From positions 1 through 62,932 of the forward strand of contig JBFYOD010000165.1 of assembly GCA_041303965.1 (NCBI GenBank): 62,932 nucleotides of DNA, written 5' to 3'. The notes under the pieces were generated by a model. It was not told the origin of the DNA. It saw only the letters and a list, made by a program, of their open reading frames with translations, and ran no database searches. Below are positions 60,714 to 62,932 of this stretch, piece by piece. Every line of letters starts with the position of its first letter. Positions within the stretch are counted from its first letter, which is position 1. Both the position numbers and the translations under genes were made by a program. The DNA is from Candidatus Aminicenantes bacterium (GTDB lineage Bacteria; Acidobacteriota; Aminicenantia; Aminicenantales; Saccharicenantaceae).

Positions 60714-62219
60714 ATGTCCAAACGTCATCTCGCGGTCTTTGCCCTGGCCATCCTCTTGGCTTCATCCGCCCTCTCCGGGGCCGAGGTCAAGCTGACAGCC
60801 CTGAGCCTTCAGGCCGGAAAAACATTCGACGTCAATTTCGCCAAGACCTCCCGAGCCCCCTCCCAGGCCGCGATGCAGGCGACGCTCCTTTACGACAACG
60901 GACAGGCGTCGGTCAAGCTGAGCTTCCAGAAAATGGAACCGGCCGTACTCTTCGCCGGCGACATCTCGGCCTTCGTTCTCTGGGCCGTGACGCTTGACGG
61001 TTCCGTCGAGAACCTGGGCGAGGTCGTCGCCGACAAGAAGAGCGCCTCCGGTTCCCTGCAGGGTTTCACCGGCAAGAAGGTCTTCGCCCTGATGGTCACG
61101 GCGGAGCCGTTCGCCACCGTCACCCGGCCGACCGAACTCGTTGTCTTCGTATCGGGCGAGGTCGGGGGGACGAGCATCCAAAACACGCCCTTCTCTTTCA
61201 CCGGCTTTTCGACGGATTATAAGCCCGCTCTCGATTCGATATCCGGCATCCAGTACAACGACTCCACGCCGGCGGCAGTCAAACAGGCCACCAAGGCCCT
61301 CGAGATCGCCAAGAAGCTCGATGCGGCCGCGGTCAATCCGAAGGCCATGGACGCGGCGACGGTGGCCTTCGGCAAAGCCATGGCTTCGACGGGAAACAAG
61401 AAGGTCATGGCCGACCAGGCCCGGATCGCCGCTCAGCTGGCCTCCCAAGCCATCAAGGATACCGTGAAGGCCAATGAGGCCAAGGCCGCCGCCGAAGCCG
61501 AAGCCAAGAGGCTGGCGGAAAAGGCCGTTCTCGAGCAGAGGGCGACTTCGGCCGAGGGCGAGTCGCAACGGATCGGCCAAGAGCTCAAGGAAGTCCAGGT
61601 CCAACGGGAAGCCCTGGCCAGCGAAACCAAGAACCTAGCCCTGCTCACCGAGAAGCTCACCGCTGAGAAGGACGCCATCGCCGCCGATCGGGATGCCGTC
61701 AAGGCTGACCGGGACGCGGTCAAGGCCGAACGGGACAAAGTCGCCGCCGAGCGCGACGCCGTCAAGTCCGAACGCGAGGCGATCAAGAAGGAACGCGACG
61801 ACCTGGCCGGGATGCTCAAGGGCGCGCTCTCCTCTGTGGCCGATACCACCGAAACGGCCCGCGGCGTCATCGTCAGCCTCTCCGGCATCCTCTTCGATGT
61901 CGGCAAGGCCACTCTCAAGCCGGCCTCCCAGCTCTCGGTGGCCAAGCTGGCCGGGATCCTCATGGTCTTCCCGAACATGAACCTGAGCATCGAAGGCTAC
62001 ACCGATTCCACGGGCTCGAGCGACCTCAACATGAGGCTGTCCGCGGACAGGGCCCGCTCGGTCTACGAATTCCTCATGGGCCAGGGGATCTCCAACAGCC
62101 GGATGAGGTACCAGGGCTTCGGCCCGGACAACCCGGTCGCCCCCAACGACACGGAGGCCAACCGGGCCAAGAACCGGCGGGTCGAGGTCGTCCTGACCCA
62201 GGCGGCAAAGACCCCGTAA
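60714..62219 (+). CDS. OmpA/Pal-like C-terminal domain protein with long coiled coil
   Basis: Signal peptide; heptad repeats; GILFDVGKA, IEGYTDSTG, LSADRA, NRRVEV; ATG at 60714 after AAGGAGG. Confidence 0.88.
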   Translation: MSKRHLAVFALAILLASSALSGAEVKLTALSLQAGKTFDVNFAKTSRAPSQAAMQATLLYDNGQASVKLSFQKMEPAVLFAGDISAFVLWAVTLDGSVENLGEVVADKKSASGSLQGFTGKKVFALMVTAEPFATVTRPTELVVFVSGEVGGTSIQNTPFSFTGFSTDYKPALDSISGIQYNDSTPAAVKQATKALEIAKKLDAAAVNPKAMDAATVAFGKAMASTGNKKVMADQARIAAQLASQAIKDTVKANEAKAAAEAEAKRLAEKAVLEQRATSAEGESQRIGQELKEVQVQREALASETKNLALLTEKLTAEKDAIAADRDAVKADRDAVKAERDKVAAERDAVKSEREAIKKERDDLAGMLKGALSSVADTTETARGVIVSLSGILFDVGKATLKPASQLSVAKLAGILMVFPNMNLSIEGYTDSTGSSDLNMRLSADRARSVYEFLMGQGISNSRMRYQGFGPDNPVAPNDTEANRAKNRRVEVVLTQAAKTP

Positions 62220-62304
62220 TTTCCACCGCCGGCTTATCGAAATCCGAAACTTTTCCGTCGTGCTCTACGTCTTTAAGGTTATAAGCCGACGCTCGAGGTG
62301 TATC

Positions 62305-62932
62305 ATGAAAAAATGGATCCTCCGGGGCATGTCCCTTGTGCTCCTCCTGACGTTCTTCTATTTCCTTTTCGCCTGCGGCAAGAAAAAAGAGGAGACGAAG
62401 TTCGTCTCCGCCACCCGGGGCGACATCCGGGAAAAGGCCCTGGCCGTGGGCACGATCGAACCGGAGAAGGAGACCAAGGTCAAATCGACCATCCCCGGGA
62501 TCGTCGCCGAGGTCCTGTTCAAGGTCGGCGATGCCGTCAAAGCGGGAGCGCCTCTCTTCAAGATCTCGCCCAACCCGACCCCCCTCGAATACGTGGAGGC
62601 CCGCCGCAGCATGGAACTGGCCCAAGTGACCATGCAGAAGCTCAAAAGCGACTGGACGCGTCAGCTCGAGCTCTATAAAGGGAACCTCATCTCCAAGTCC
62701 GAAATGGACGCCACCGAGGCCTCATACAGGGAAACCGAACTGAGGTATAAGACCGCCGCGGAGCGCCTCGAACTCATGGAAAAGGGGCGGATCCGCATGT
62801 CCAACAGGGAAATCGACTCCCTGCTCAGGTCCCCGATCACCGGCATCGTCCTGTCCCAGAGCGTCTTCCAGGGGGACCCCGTCGTCCCGCTGACCAACTA
62901 CCAGCCCGGCACCGAACTCTGCTCCCTCGCCG
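62305..62932 (+). CDS. RND/ABC efflux periplasmic adaptor subunit (truncated by window end)
   Basis: Reads MKKWILRG...FAC, GTIEPEKETKVKSTIPGIV, KVGDAVKAG, helical hairpin, LRSPITGIV. Confidence 0.88.
   Translation, partial: MKKWILRGMSLVLLLTFFYFLFACGKKKEETKFVSATRGDIREKALAVGTIEPEKETKVKSTIPGIVAEVLFKVGDAVKAGAPLFKISPNPTPLEYVEARRSMELAQVTMQKLKSDWTRQLELYKGNLISKSEMDATEASYRETELRYKTAAERLELMEKGRIRMSNREIDSLLRSPITGIVLSQSVFQGDPVVPLTNYQPGTELCSLA

Overview
A GC-rich bacterial chromosomal segment, mostly housekeeping. It holds pstS-pstC-pstA-pstB-pstB, surE, rarA, panBCD, guaB, secA, feoAB, uvrBC, trmH and three tRNAs (Pro-GGG, Gly-CCC, Leu-CAA). It also has a tungsten/molybdenum-cofactor neighbourhood (TonB-dependent receptor, mobB, thiF/moeB-like gene, moaD, aldehyde:ferredoxin oxidoreductase), two divergent ECF sigma/anti-sigma modules and many secreted or lipoprotein genes. 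The gene content would fit an anaerobic diderm such as Ca. Aminicenantes; this is inference only. Strongest signals: (1) two tandem 1.0-1.5 kb integrase-less cassettes at tRNA-Leu(CAA), separated by three different but foldable tRNA 3' halves, with IHF and arm-type repeats; (2) a Moco/Tuco-type riboswitch without the P3 stem that sequesters the RBS of a TonB-dependent receptor; (3) a dispersed modular palindromic repeat family (GTAG-type doublets plus shared hairpin modules), one copy of which supplies the -35 box of the pstS promoter; (4) reciprocally degenerate PstB ATPases; (5) an HtrA-like protein missing the catalytic His and Asp. All family assignments come from motif recognition by eye; no database searches were run.
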